This document shows, piece after piece, positions 48,743-61,079 of a stretch of DNA of 64,000 nt (the stretch's first letter is position 1; the number at the start of each line of letters is the position of its first letter). The position numbers were made by a program, and so were the translations under genes. Source of the stretch: Hemiscyllium ocellatum (taxonomy: Eukaryota); assembly GCF_020745735.1 (NCBI RefSeq), contig NW_026867487.1, positions 2,542,001 through 2,606,000 of the forward strand, written 5' to 3'. A model generated the notes under the pieces. That model was not told where the DNA came from. It ran no database searches and saw only the letters and a program-made list of their open reading frames with translations.

Positions 48743-49559
48743 CTATTGCAAGAGGTTAGGGTTTCCAAGTTTAAAATTGTAAATTGCCGCACACATACAT
48801 TTGAACACTCGTTGGTCAGCAGTAAAGCAAGGGGAGGATGCGGTCTTATGGTAACACCACTGGATTAGCATTCCAAAATCCCACACTAATGTCCTGGATT
48901 AAATGCAGTAAATACTGAAGAAACTCAGCAGGTCTGGCAGCATCTGGGAGGCAGAAACAAAGTTAACCTTTCAAGTCCATATAGAGCACTTTGCTTCCTA
49001 ATGTACTGAACTATTCACCTCAAGGATTAAACCATCGCATTACACAAACTAGGAAACAAACTCCAGGGAACCATGCAGTGTTTACAGAACAAATGGATAA
49101 TGAAACTAAAACCATGTAGAAACACAGATCAAATTTAAAACGATTCATCACTCGTACAATTTAGAAACCGAGGTCTGAAACGACAATAGTAGATTATAAA
49201 CTTCATAAGTTATAGATGGTCACAATACGCACTAACTTCGACGGCAGTGTTTGCATGTGCTGGACGATCTGGTGGGATCGATGGTTACCTGGGCACCACA
49301 TGCACGGTGTTGACAAAAATTAGGAGAAGATGCCAAACGCCACGACTTCATCAACCAGAAATCCTGCAGATAGTGCCCCAAAGGGTTTACCCTGGTCTTT
49401 CCCTACAGCTCTTTGCGAGCTTTACTTTAGGTTTTGACCAGGAATGACGATGGCATGCCCCACCCCACCAAATCCATTCCCCTGTATGTTTTTTGTTAAC
49501 TCCCTTGTCCCTGTGTGGTAATGGGTGAGTGACCTCTCTCCCTCCCTCCGCTGACTGAC

Positions 49560-49960
49560 TGCAGGAGACTGAAGGATCGCGCAGCGTCACCCTCAGCCCG
49601 CGCGAGCTCGGGCCTTTTCAAACCGCCAACGGCCGGAGCGCGAGCACAAACGCGACGCTGTGATTGGCGGGCGCTCGCCCCTTACAGATTCTTGGGGGGC
49701 GGGGGATCGGGACTGGCCGCGAGACGCCGGAGATTGGGAGTTTAAATCCCAACAGCAGGCAGGATCGCGAGCAGCAAAGCGGGGCTGTGATTGGGCGGGG
49801 CCGCCCCGCGAGGCTGTGATTGGGCGGGGCCGCCCCGCGAGGCTATGATTGGGAGGGGCGGCCGCGTGGCGCGAGAGATTGGGTGTTTAAATCTCAACGG
49901 CCGGAGCGCGAGCAGCAAAGCGAGGCTGTGATTGGCGGGTTCGTGGTGTTGGCGCTGAAG
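49560..49960. promoter_or_regulatory. CpG-island promoter: seven co-oriented CCAAT boxes, GC boxes and CHR-like motifs, built from tandem sub-repeats
   Basis: ATTGG at 49663, 49733, 49790, 49819, 49848, 49878 and 49931, with adjacent GGGCGG boxes. TTTGAA on the minus strand at 49617-49622 and TTTAAA at 49741 and 49886. Dense CpG in an otherwise CpG-depleted window. Confidence 0.75.
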
Positions 49961-50299
49961 ATGAAGCGATGCCCAAGTTGCTCTCATCGAGTGAACTCAA
50001 TAACCCCCAAAGCCGTGCAGTTCAGTCCAGTTTAAAATCCTGGATTCATTTAGGGGAGAGCAAAGAAGAGAAGTATTTTCTTATTCTTCCAATCAATGAT
50101 GTAAAAGAATTACGATTTTTGAGAGAAACTGGAACCAATCAGTCCCCAATGCTGGATGATGATGCAAGTGGATTTCCAGAGGAATCAGTGAAAGGAAAAT
50201 ATAAATTGGAGGTATACACTGGTCCCATTATGGAGAGCTGGATTGAAGAATGACTTAGCAAATGTTGAGACGTTGGAATTGGAACAGTGTACCAACAGT

Positions 50300-50800
50300 G
50301 AAGAGAAGGAATTGATTTTATCCTAGTCCATGACCTGTCTGGTTCAAAAATGTTTGCCTCATGGAGGGTGGTGCAGTGACCAGTATAAGTAAAAGCAATT
50401 GAGGTGCTACAGGAGGAATATTCTGGGCTGTTTTCTGACTGTGTTGTGATTAGACCTCAGTCTCTCAGATTAAGAGAGAAAGAGGAGTCAATGAAAGATG
50501 TCATGGAAATGACGTTCCAAGTTGCAATTTTTGAAAACTTATACAATAGGGTCAAAGGTAAAGAGAATGAGGCTGACATATTTGGACCACCTTCTTGAAA
50601 TGCAACAAAATGGCAGATCCAAATTGCGAGATGTGTATCAAACAAGCCACACCAAAACAGGATCAAAATCAATGTCTGAATGTCCTGACTTAAACAAAAA
50701 ATACCATGAGGAAATGGAAACCATCTCACATTGTAGCCAGTAAGGAATGGGCAGTCATTCACTGGGTGGTCATTCCATGTGAGTCTTGGAACAATATTTT
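50300..50800 (+). mobile_element. Probable Ty3/Gypsy pol remnant (RNase H-integrase linker and HHCC region), very decayed
   Basis: DFILV..GSKMFA, GLFSDCVVIRPQSLR (compare GLLFKG.RVVIP.SLR) and CEMCIK. Confidence 0.4.
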
Positions 50801-51139
50801 ACACGTGACTCAAAATTCCAATAACCAGTGAAGATGCAAATTAAAATAAAACATTTTTATTTCATAATGATGTGGTTACATTTTGTCAGACATTCCTTAC
50901 AGGTCAGGTAGAAGTCAAACCCCAATCACCAATACACCTGTATCTTAAATTGTGATACCAGCTTTTGAAAAACTGTTCAGTGGGATCTTAACAGATGCTG
51001 TGTCAGGAACATTTGATGAATTTCTGCAGTGCATCTTGTAGTTGGTACACACTGCTGCTACTGTACATCATTGACGGAGCTGCAATGTGGTGTCAACCAA
51101 GTGTTTTGCTGAGTTCTGGATGGTGTCAGGCTTCTTGAG

Positions 51140-51670
51140 GGTCACTGGAGTTACACTTATCAGAGCGATGGTGCAGCTGTACAAATCTCTGGTGCGGCCA
51201 CACTTGGAGTATTGCGTACAATTCTGGTCACTGCATTACTGGAAAGGTGTGGAAGCCGAGGAAAGGGTGCAGAGGAAATTTAGCATGATGTTTCCTGTTA
51301 TGGAGGGAAGGTCTTCTGAGGAAAGGGTGAAGGACCTGAGGGTGTTTTTGTTAGAGAGAAGGTTGAGAGGTGACTTAATTTAGACATATAAGATAATCAG
51401 AGGGTTAGATAAGGTGGATAGTGAGAACTATTTTCCTTGGATGGTGATGGCTAGCATAGGGAAAATCACTTTAAATTGAGGGGTGATAGATAAAGGACAG
51501 ATGTCAGATGTAGTTTCTTTACTCAGACTAGTAAGGGCGTGGAACATCCTGCCTGCAACAGTTGTAGACACGCCATCTTTAAGGGCATTTAAATGGGCAT
51601 TGGATAGGCTATATGAACGAGAATGAAATAGTGTAGGTTAGATGGGCTTCAGATTGGTTTCACAGGTTGG
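51140..51670 (+). mobile_element. CR1 LINE 3' end
   Basis: MVQLYKSLVRPHLEYCVQFWS..RRLRGDLI, plus the tail. Confidence 0.85.
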
Positions 51671-51854
51671 CCTCAGGCGTTCCATTGGGTTTTGTACGGC
51701 TTCCTGATATACCTTATTTACTTTCAAATGGCTTTAAGTTTACCCCATCAATCTTCATCCCTTACTTCGAGGTTTCCAGATATTCTGATAGGCCGCACCC
51801 CTAAATTAAAATAAATTTGTATTTCATTCTACTCAGTCCGACTCGGCCTAGAAT

Positions 51855-52130
51855 AGGGTGGTACAGTGGTAAGCCTCACAGTGCCAGTGATTCGGGTTCA
51901 ATTGCAGCCTTGGGAGGCTCTCTCTCTGAGGTTTGCACATTCTCCACGTGTCTGCCTGCCTGGGTTTCCTCCGAGTGCTTAAGTTTGCTCCCACACTCTG
52001 AAAATGCGCTCAATGCTAAACTGTAATGTGGTGTACAGTTTACCTGGATTAGCAATGATAATGGGGATAGAATAAGATGCTATTCCGAATGGCCCACTTC
52101 TGCACTGTAAGGATTCTATAATTTTATGAA
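51855..52130 (+). mobile_element. HE1-like SINE, decayed
   Basis: ggtggtacagtggt..gcctcacagtgccag..gggttcaatt head, gtttgcacattctcc core and ctgcactgtaaggattctat tail. Confidence 0.75.
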
Positions 52131-53069
52131 TTCTTTGGTACCACAACTTACACTCAATAACTACACGGTTATCCCCTCTAACTGCAGGCAGTGAAATGAA
52201 CGTACGCACCACATATCCACTCACCACCCTGCTCACAGCCCCAACTGGTAGGTGGTTTTTAGTCCCAAGTTGCTCTTAAGAACACGTACTAATTTTGTGG
52301 GGGAGAGCCTCAAAGTCTGGCTCAGAGATGTTTTGCAAGTTCCAGTCCAGAGCAGCATATTTATACATTTTTGAGTGAGAATAATTACATGCAACGTCAC
52401 GATAAATTAAGCACCATGTCAATCAATTTCTTGTCAGTTCCCAATTGTGGTTTTCATGTTTTCACCAGACGTTCCGATTCCCTTCTTTCTTTGCATGGCT
52501 AATCTGTTTTCCCCATTTGTCCTCCATGTCCTGTATTCCTATTCCTAACTGACTGTACTGTGTGATGCCAATAACCCATGGTCCAGGGATCAATATAGCA
52601 TGACCATCTTGCCCAACACAAATAACAGCGACCCCTTCAGTTAGATCGTTCCCTTTCTCTGCCCCTGCTGTTAGATTGTCAAAGCATGCACTAACTATTT
52701 CCTTATATGAATATATTTCACTCAGCACTACCACCTACTGCTTACACAAGTTTATTTTCTATTTTGCTCCTTTCTGTAGTATTCTACTTTCCTTGGGTTT
52801 TCCCTTTTTACTCTCTCCTTATTCTCTTTCAGGATGTTTTAAAAGAGACTTGTATATATGTTTGAAAGTGATGAATTTAGAGAGCTGCAGGACTAGGGCT
52901 GGAGAATGGGACCAGCTGGGTAGTTCTTTCTGCACCGTGTTGAATGGCCTATGTATTGTAACATTACGTGATTCGATACAAATACAACATTAATGTGTTC
53001 CATAACCAGGAATCCACTCATTTAAATGGCAGGTATTCCAGTGCTCCTTCTACAGTGATTATTAAAATT

Positions 53070-53760
53070 AAAAGATCATTGGAAATAAGAGCAGGAGAAG
53101 GACATTTGCCTCCTTGAGCCAGCTCCACTTTTCGATAAGGTCGTGGTTGACCTGGTTGTGGGCTCAGCATTGCTTTCCTTTCTGTCGGGCACAACTCTCA
53201 ACTCCTTCAATGAAAACTCTGTCCAGCCTTGAATGTGCTCAGTGGCCCAACCTCTACTGCTTTCTGGGAGAGAGAATTCCACAGACTCATCATCCTCACT
53301 CCATGATGAAATTCATCCTTGTCTTCAACTTAAACAGACAAACACCTCAGTTTTAAGCTGTGATCCCCTAGGAGAGTCAAATATCTTCTGACCATCAGTT
53401 GATACTGCCAAACCCCCTCAGAATCTTATTGGTTTCATGAAGATCATCACTCATTCTTCTAAATTTCAATCATAAGGTCTCAACCCTATTTAATCTTTCC
53501 TCAGAACTAAACTCCCCACATCACAGGAATCAGCTGAGTGAGCCTTCTCTGCAGGGTTCCAACTGCAAGTCCATCCCTCCCGATATGAGGAGATCAAGCT
53601 GTGCCCAGTACTCCAGGTGTGGTCTCACCAATGTTCTGTACAGTCATTGTACGTCTCTGTTTTTACACTTCATCTCCTTTGCAATTAAAAAAAACAACTT
53701 TCCAGTTCCTGTCCCAATCACTTTGTATGCTGACGTGCTGACTTTATTGTGATTCATACA
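53070..53760 (-). mobile_element. CR1 LINE 3' part
   Basis: Reverse-strand CR1 tail and C-terminal region. Confidence 0.75.
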
Positions 53761-55699
53761 CAAGGACGCATAGTTCACAAGGTGGAACATGTATTGGTGA
53801 AGGTAAGAAATGCCAAGGGTTAGAAAATATTGGTGCCTGCTACATATAGGACACCATCCAGTCCCAGAAATGTAAGGGAAGACATTCAGCATGAAATCAG
53901 AGATACATACAACAAGGAACAACTGTAATTACAGTCCACTCAAATTGACATGTAGATTGGACAAATCAAATTAGCAATGATATTGTGAGGGAGGATCTCC
54001 TGGAATGAGTAGATGGCAGTTTTTTACACTAGTATGTTGAGGAATTAACTCGAGATCAGATTTTGCTAAACTGGGTATTGTCCAGAGAGAAAGAAATAAT
54101 TCATAACCTTGTTGCACAGGATCTCTTGGGGAAGAGAACCATAATATAATTTTTCATTAATGTGGAAAGTAAAGTAGTTGAATCTGAAACTATGGTCCTG
54201 ATTCTAAATTGAAGGGAAATACAAGGGTATAAATTGCAAACTGTCAAGAACAGATTGAAGAACTTTACTGAAAGGTTTGATAGTGGACAATTAATGACGA
54301 ATATTTAAACATCTTGTGCATGAATTACAATAATCATCCATTCCTGTCTGGCACAAAAATGATACAGAAAAGACAGCTCAGCCACAGCTTCCACAAGAAA
54401 TTCGATCCAGAGAGGAATCATATAAAATGACCAGAAAAAGCAGCAACCTGAGGGTTGGTAGCTTTTAGCAATCAGCAAAAACACGACAAAAACATTGGAG
54501 TTCCAGTGACATGCCATTTCAATACAACAGCATGTTTCCACACTAACATTTCTGTCACAGGCCTGCTGCAGTGTTCCAGTGACCCTCAGTGCCAGCTCAA
54601 CAAACAAGTCATTTTCTACTAGGACTCAACACGGAGTTGAATAACTTTAGAGTCTGATTTTGTCCTTCCATGCTTTCTACCCGTCTCCACCCCCTGGTCC
54701 TGTCATGACACGGGTTGTTTTCAGCACAGCCCACCCATTCTTTCCTGCTCTCAGCTCTCATTATCACTTATTCAGCTCCCTTCTGTCTTGGCCTACTGTC
54801 AATAATCCCCTTGTTTGTCTCCCCCTTTCATATCTCTTTCTTTCTCTCTCTGGTCTACATTTCCACTGACCGGCTTACCTCTCCCTTCCACTAACCCCAC
54901 CTCTTTTTCAGCATAAATCCCATTTTTTCACAGCATTGTCTGTTGTAATGAAGACTTGCTGAACTGCAAAGGGTAACTGTAAAGGGCAGCTACATAAAAA
55001 TTGTGGCTACAACAGAATTTATTTGGCAAGAACACTGCAATTAGTGACTCGTATGTTGACCTCCAAAATTTTCTACAATATACAAGTCCCGAACCTGGAG
55101 TGTGATGGGGGAATACTCTACACCTGCTTGGATGGATGCAGCTCCAGTAGCACTGGGGAGGGTCAACATCGTCCAGGATGAAGCAGCTGTACTTCATTGA
55201 TATATAATCCAACACCTGAAACACTGACTTCCTCCGTGACTTCTTCAACAGCAGTTTCCAAACATTACAAACTCCACCACTCTGGAAAACAGGGAGCAAC
55301 AGCTACTGAGGAACACCACAACCTGCAAGTTCCACTCTCTGTCACTGACCAAGCTGATTTGGAATTATATCACTGTTCCTTCATAGTGCTGGGGTTAAAA
55401 TCCTGAAACTGCAACCCCAATACCTCTGTGGGTTGCTGCATTTGTGGCCGTTCATAATTTCCCAGGAGAAGGTGATAGTGAGCTGCCTTATTGAAATGCT
55501 GCCGTCCATTTGGTGTACATTGATAGACAATGGCAGTGGGGAGGGGATTTTAAGACTTTGGCCCAGCAACGGTGAAGAAATCTGAGTGAGGACGGTGTGT
55601 GGGTTGAATGGGAGCTTGTAGGTGATAGTGTTCCCATGTATCAGCTGGCCATTTCCTTTTCATGGTGGAGGTCATGAGTTTGGAAGACAAGGACTGATA

Positions 55700-56600
55700 G
55701 GGCCCTACCTATGATCGGGAGACTTCGGGGTTCAGGTACATAAGTCTTTGAAGTTTGTATCACAGAAAAACGAGGCTATTAAGAAGATATTTAGTACCTT
55801 TGCCTTCATTGCTCAGACGTTTGAGTATCAGAGATGCGACATTTTGTTGAGGTAGTATAGAACATTGGTGAGGCCTCTTCTGGAGTATAGTGTCCATTTC
55901 AGATCGTTCATTTGCAGGAATAATATAATTAAACTGGAGAGGGGTCATAAAAGATTTACCAGGATTTTGCCAAGAATTGAGGGTTGAGACTGGAAAGGCT
56001 TGGATATTTTTTCCACTGGAGCAGAGAAGGTTAAGGGTGACCTTCTTAAGGTTTATAAAATCATAAGGGACATAGATAAGGTGAATGACAAGGGTCTTTT
56101 CTCTCAGCTGGTGTTGTTCAAAACTAGGAAGAATATTTTTAAGACAAGAGGAGAAAGATTTAAAGAGGATCTGAAGGGCAACGTTTTTACACAGAATGAT
56201 TTGTCTGTGGAATGAACTGCCTGCAAAAGTGCTGTATAAGGATACAGTGATGACATTTAAGAGACATTTGGCGAAGCGAATGAATAAAAGGTTTGGAGGG
56301 ATAATGGGCCAAGCACAAGCAGGTGGGGCTGGTTTAGTTTAGGAACTTGCTTGACATGGACTAGTTGTACCGATGATGCCCTCAGCGCATCTCATCCACT
56401 TCCTGCAACTCCGCCCTCAAAACCCACCTCTTCAACTGATGAAGGGCTCTTGCCTGAAACATCAATACTCCTGCTGCTCGGATGCTGCCTGACCTGCTGT
56501 GCTTTTCCAGCACCATACTCTTGACTCTGATCTCCACCATCTGCAGTCCTCACTTTCTCCTTGTTGTCCCGAAGAGTCTGTTTCCATGCTGTATGACTCT
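55700..56600 (+). mobile_element. CR1 LINE 3' part with a Penelope terminal fragment (56374-56562) inserted in its tail
   Basis: The CR1 tail is split by the insertion, which is flanked by gttgtaccga (56364-56373) and gttgtcccga (56563-56572). A hammerhead-like core lies at 56436-56463. Confidence 0.82.
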
Positions 56601-56659
56601 TAGTAAGTACAAGGCAGACGATGAAAGAATGAAAAAAGAGGGATAACTCAGGAGACATT

Positions 56660-59340
56660 ATTAGAGATGTTGGAAATCCTGTGTGTGTGAAAACTATCAT
56701 GAGGGCACTTTACCCGAATGTTCATAGCATTTTTAACAAGGTTGATGGGTTAACAACACAAATAATCCGGAATGAATATGATTTAGTCGCCATGATGGAG
56801 ACATGGTGACAGGATGGTTACAACTGGGAGTTAAATACCCGGGTATCAGACTATTTGGAAGGACAGACAGGAAGGTAAGGGAGGTGGTATAGCTCTGATA
56901 TTCAAGGACATCAGGGCAGTGCTGAGAGATGATATAGGTTCTATGGAGAAGAAGGTTGAATCCGTTTGGGTGGAAATTAAAAATTCTAAGAAGAAAACGT
57001 CACTGATAGCCGTAGACTATAGGCCACTGAATAATAACATCACATTGGGTCAGGCAGTAAACAAAGAACTAACTCATGCATGTAAAAATGGTATGGCAGT
57101 TACCATGGGGATTTTAATCTACATGTTAATTGGTCGAACCAGTTCAGTCAGGGTAGCCTTGAGGAGGAGTTCATGGAGTGCATCCGCAATAGTCTTCTTG
57201 AACAGTATGTAATGGAACCAATGAGGGAGCAAGCTATCCTAGATCTGGTGCTGTGTAATGAGACAGGAATAATTAATGACCCCATCGTTAGGGATCCTCT
57301 TAGCTGGAGCAATCACAGTATGGTTGAAGTTAGAATACAGATGGAGAGTGGGAAGATAAAACCCAATACCAGGGTCCTGTGCTTAAACAAGGGAGACTAC
57401 AATAGGATGAGGGAGACCTTGGCTAAAGTGGACATGGAAACAAAGACTTTATGGTGGGAAGGTTGACAAGCAGTGGAGGACTTTCAAAGCAATTTTTCAA
57501 AGTGCTCAGCAAAAGTATATTCCAGTGAAAAGGAAGGACTGTAAGAAAAGGGGTTACCTACCATGGGTGTCTCAGGAATTAAGGGAGGCTATCAAATTGA
57601 AAGGAAAGGAATACAAAGTGGCCAAGATCAGTGGGAAACTAGAACATTGGGAAAACTTTAAAGGTGAATAGAAAGTCACAAAAAGAGGTGTAAACATAAG
57701 TAAGATAGAACACGAGAAAAAAACTAGCACAGAATATAAAGATAGATAGCGAAAGTTTCTATAAATATATAAAACAAAAAAAATGGCTAAAGTAAACATT
57801 GGTCCTTTAGAGGATGAGAAGAGGCTTTTAGTTATGGGATACGATGAAATGGCCAAGGCATTGAGTAGGTTTTTGTGTCAGTCTTCACAGTGGAGGACAC
57901 GAATAACATGCCAGTAACTGACAAAGAGACGAAGGTAGGTGAGGACGGGGAAACAATCAGTATTACAGAAGAGGTCGTGGTGGGAAAGCTATGGAATGCA
58001 TCCAGTGGAACTAAGGATAAACAAGTCTCCTGACCCTGATGGAATGCACCCCAGGATACTAAAAGAGGTGGCGGGTGAAATAACAAGTGCACTTGGGGTA
58101 ATTTTCCAGATTCGCTGGACTTTGGGACAGTTTCAGCGGATTGGAAAACAGCAAATGTGACGCCACTGTTTAAAAAGGGAGGTAGACAAAAGATGGGGAA
58201 TTATAGACAGTTAGCATAACGTCTGTAGTGGGCAAGATGCTTGAATCTATTATCAAGGAAGAAATAGAAAGGCATCTGGATAGAAATTGTCTCACTGGGC
58301 AGACACAACATGGTTCATGAAGGGCAGGTCTTGCTTAACTATTCTTTTGGAATTCTATGAAGACATTACGAGCAAGGTGGGTAAGATGCCACACATGAGG
58401 CTACTCCATAAGATAAAGATGCATGGCATTCCAGGTAAAGTATTAGCATGGATAGAGGATTGGTTGACTAACAGGAAGCAAAGAGTGGGAATAAATGAAT
58501 GCTATTCTGGTTGGCAATCAGTAACTAGTGGTGTGTGTCAGGGATCAGTGTTGGGACCGTAATTATTTACAATTTATATAGGTGATTTGGAGTTGAGGAC
58601 CACGTGTTGTGTGTCAAAGTTGCAGATGACATGAGGATGAGTGGCAGAGCAACGTGTGCAGGGAACTGTGAAACTTTCCAGACGAACATAGATACTTTAA
58701 GTAAATGGGTAAAGGTCTGGCAGATGGAATACAATGTTAATAAATGTGAGGTCATCCATTTTGGTCAGAGTAACAATAAAAAGGACTATTACTTGAATGG
58801 TTAAAAAGTTGCAGTGTGCTGCTATGCAGAGGGACCTGGGTTTCCTTGTGCATGAATCACAGAGGGTTGTGCATGAATCACAGCAGGCACAGCAGCTCAT
58901 TAGGAAGGCAATTGGAATCTTGTCCTTCATTGCTGAAGGGATTGAGTTTAAAAACAGGGAGGTTATATTGCAGCTGTACAGGGTGTTAGTGAGGCCACAC
59001 CTGGAGTACTGTGTGCAGTTTTGGTCTCCTTACCTGAGAAAGGATGTACAAGCAGTAGAGGGGGTACAGAGGAGGGTCTGTAGGTTGATTCCGAAGTTGA
59101 GGGGGTTGGCTTATGAGGAGAGACTGAGTAGACTGGGATTATATTCTTTGGCATTTAGAATAATGAGGGGGGGAATCTTATAGATACCTATAAAATTATG
59201 AAGGGACTGGATCAGACAGACGTAGAGAGGATGTTTCCACTGGCAAATGAAACTAGGACAAGAGGGTACAGCCTCAAAATTCGGGGGAGCAGATTTAGGA
59301 CTGAATTGAGAAGGAACTTCTTCACTCGGGGTTTAGCAGC
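56660..59340 (+). mobile_element. CR1 LINE ORF2 (EN to RT to near 3' end) with internal deletions
   Basis: VESVWVEI, VDYRPLN, EQAILDLVL, KSPDPDGMHPRILKE, GRSCLT, QGSVLGP, RPHLEYCVQFWSPYLRKD. Confidence 0.92.
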
Positions 59341-60309
59341 TCAAGTTTAGGTCATTAAATGAATAAGGGGTTAAATGGTATTTTTAGCTTTTGATACAGA
59401 TGTCAAGTTCTTTTCTTCCATCTTTCCTCTTCTTCCCACCTTCAATGTGTATGATCTGTCTGAAGGAAGTGCAAAATAACACACACCCCTTGTAGGTGTT
59501 GCTTTCCAGTAAAATATTCCTTTTGTTGTGTTGCTGCAGTTCCTTGTCTGAAATTGTTTCTGGTTTGTTTCCTTCTCCCATATCCAGAAAGATTTTCACT
59601 CACTCTTTCCAATACAACAGGAGACGGTATAGTTTTGTGACTGGGCTCCAATTTCATCCAGTCTCTCAACAGCTTGTGCATCAGAGCTGTTAAGGGCAAT
59701 CAGAGTTGGTGCATTTGCTGAAGTTTGCAGTCTATGAACTGACATGTGCCTCCCTCATTCACTCTCTTCTGAATCCACAGTTCCCAGAAGTAAAACCTCT
59801 CTGCACGGGACAGCTTGTGTTTGGGAAAATCTCACCACTTTCCTTGCACAATTCCACCTTTGTAGGATGTGACCCCTAATCAGCACACTGATATGATTAC
59901 ATTGACATGGCCACTATGCGACCATTTCCCCTTTCGGATGTTTAGTGTAAATGTAGAGAATTCTTGTTCCAATTACACAGAGCCCTGGTGAGGTCCCACC
60001 TCGAGTACAGTGTATATGTTAATATCCTGACCTCAAGATGGACATTCCCAGACTAAAGGATGAGCAACAAATTGGGATAAGGGTATTGTCCAGTGAGCAG
60101 AGATTTAACAAGGTTATAATTCCAGGAGCTGAGAGGAATGGGAGTTGTTCTCATTGAAACATAACTTTAGTTCGGCAACAGATAGAATCCTGTGCACAGT
60201 TCTGGTTGCCATACTAAAGGGAAAATGTGATTGCATTGGAGAGGATACAGAGAAGATTCACCAGGATGTTGTTTGAGCTGGAGCAATTCAGCTCTGCAGG
60301 GGGAAAAGG

Positions 60310-60482
60310 GAAGTCACCACAGAGCTACTCTCTCATTTGAAAGAGATGTCTGGTGGTGGTTTAACCTCAGGGTCGCCACATCTCAGGTGAAGGGAGAGCT
60401 TAGCCTGATGTAGGAACTGAACCCACATTGTCCCCATCACTCTACTTTGCAAATGAGCCTTTCCAGCCAACTGAGCTAACCA
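60310..60482 (-). mobile_element. tRNA-derived SINE
   Basis: The minus strand begins ggttagctcagttgg (A box), with gggttcagttcc (B box) and the body gaccctgaggttaaaccaccaccag. Confidence 0.72.
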
Positions 60483-61025
60483 AACCCCACAGATGGAGCA
60501 AGCTGGGATTGTTTCCCTTCGAACAGAAAGGGCTGAATGGCCTTCTGATTGCAGTGTACCAGGTTCTGAGAGGCTTGGACAGGGGAGATGGGAAGAAGCT
60601 TTTCCTGTTTGAAGAGGAGTCAATAACGCAGTGGTACAGTTTTATGGTCAAAAGCAGGAGGTTTTAAAGGGGATTTTTCACCCAGAGGGTGCTGCATAAA
60701 TGGAATTCCCTGTTTAAAAGGGAGGACGGAGCAGGAACTCTCAAAATATACAATGAATACTTGAAAGCCCCTAACATGTTAGGCTGCAGGCCAAGTGCTG
60801 GAAATGAGATTAACATAGATGGATGATTGATGGCTGGTACACACTCAATGGGTGGTAAGGCCTGTTCCATGCCATTAAAACTTGTTGACTCAGCCACATT
60901 TTATAGGGGCTTGACAGGGTCAACACTGAGCAATATTTCACCTGGGCTGTGGAATCCAGAAAATCGGATCACAGGCTCAGAATAAAGTGTTGGCCAGTTC
61001 GGACTGAGATGAGGAGATGGGACTG

Positions 61026-61028
<3 letters not shown>

Positions 61029-61078
<50 letters not shown>
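61029..61078. repeat. (GT)25 microsatellite
   Basis: Perfect dinucleotide run. Confidence 0.98.

Positions 61079-61079
<1 letters not shown>

Noticed and set aside
49969-50253. 94-aa plus-strand ORF just after the CpG island, considered as the promoter's gene
   Set aside because: It has no splice structure or known motif, and the adjoining sequence looks like a decayed Gypsy pol.
45339-50841. Ig octamer motifs (ATTTGCAT at 45339, ATGCAAAT at 50834)
   Set aside because: About two are expected by chance in 64 kb. Both lie in or next to transposon remnants with no leader or V exon nearby.
52150-52760. Minus-strand segment resembling either an RCC1 repeat (WVIGITQYSQLGIG) or an LTR (purine tract, then TATAAATA at 52358-52365)
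   Set aside because: The RCC1 spacing is about three residues short, and no second LTR or TG..CA boundaries were found. Unresolved without a search.
59400-59880. Possible decayed C2H2 zinc-finger sequence on the minus strand
   Set aside because: Only loose L..H and C..C patterns across different frames, with no intact finger or TGEKP linker.
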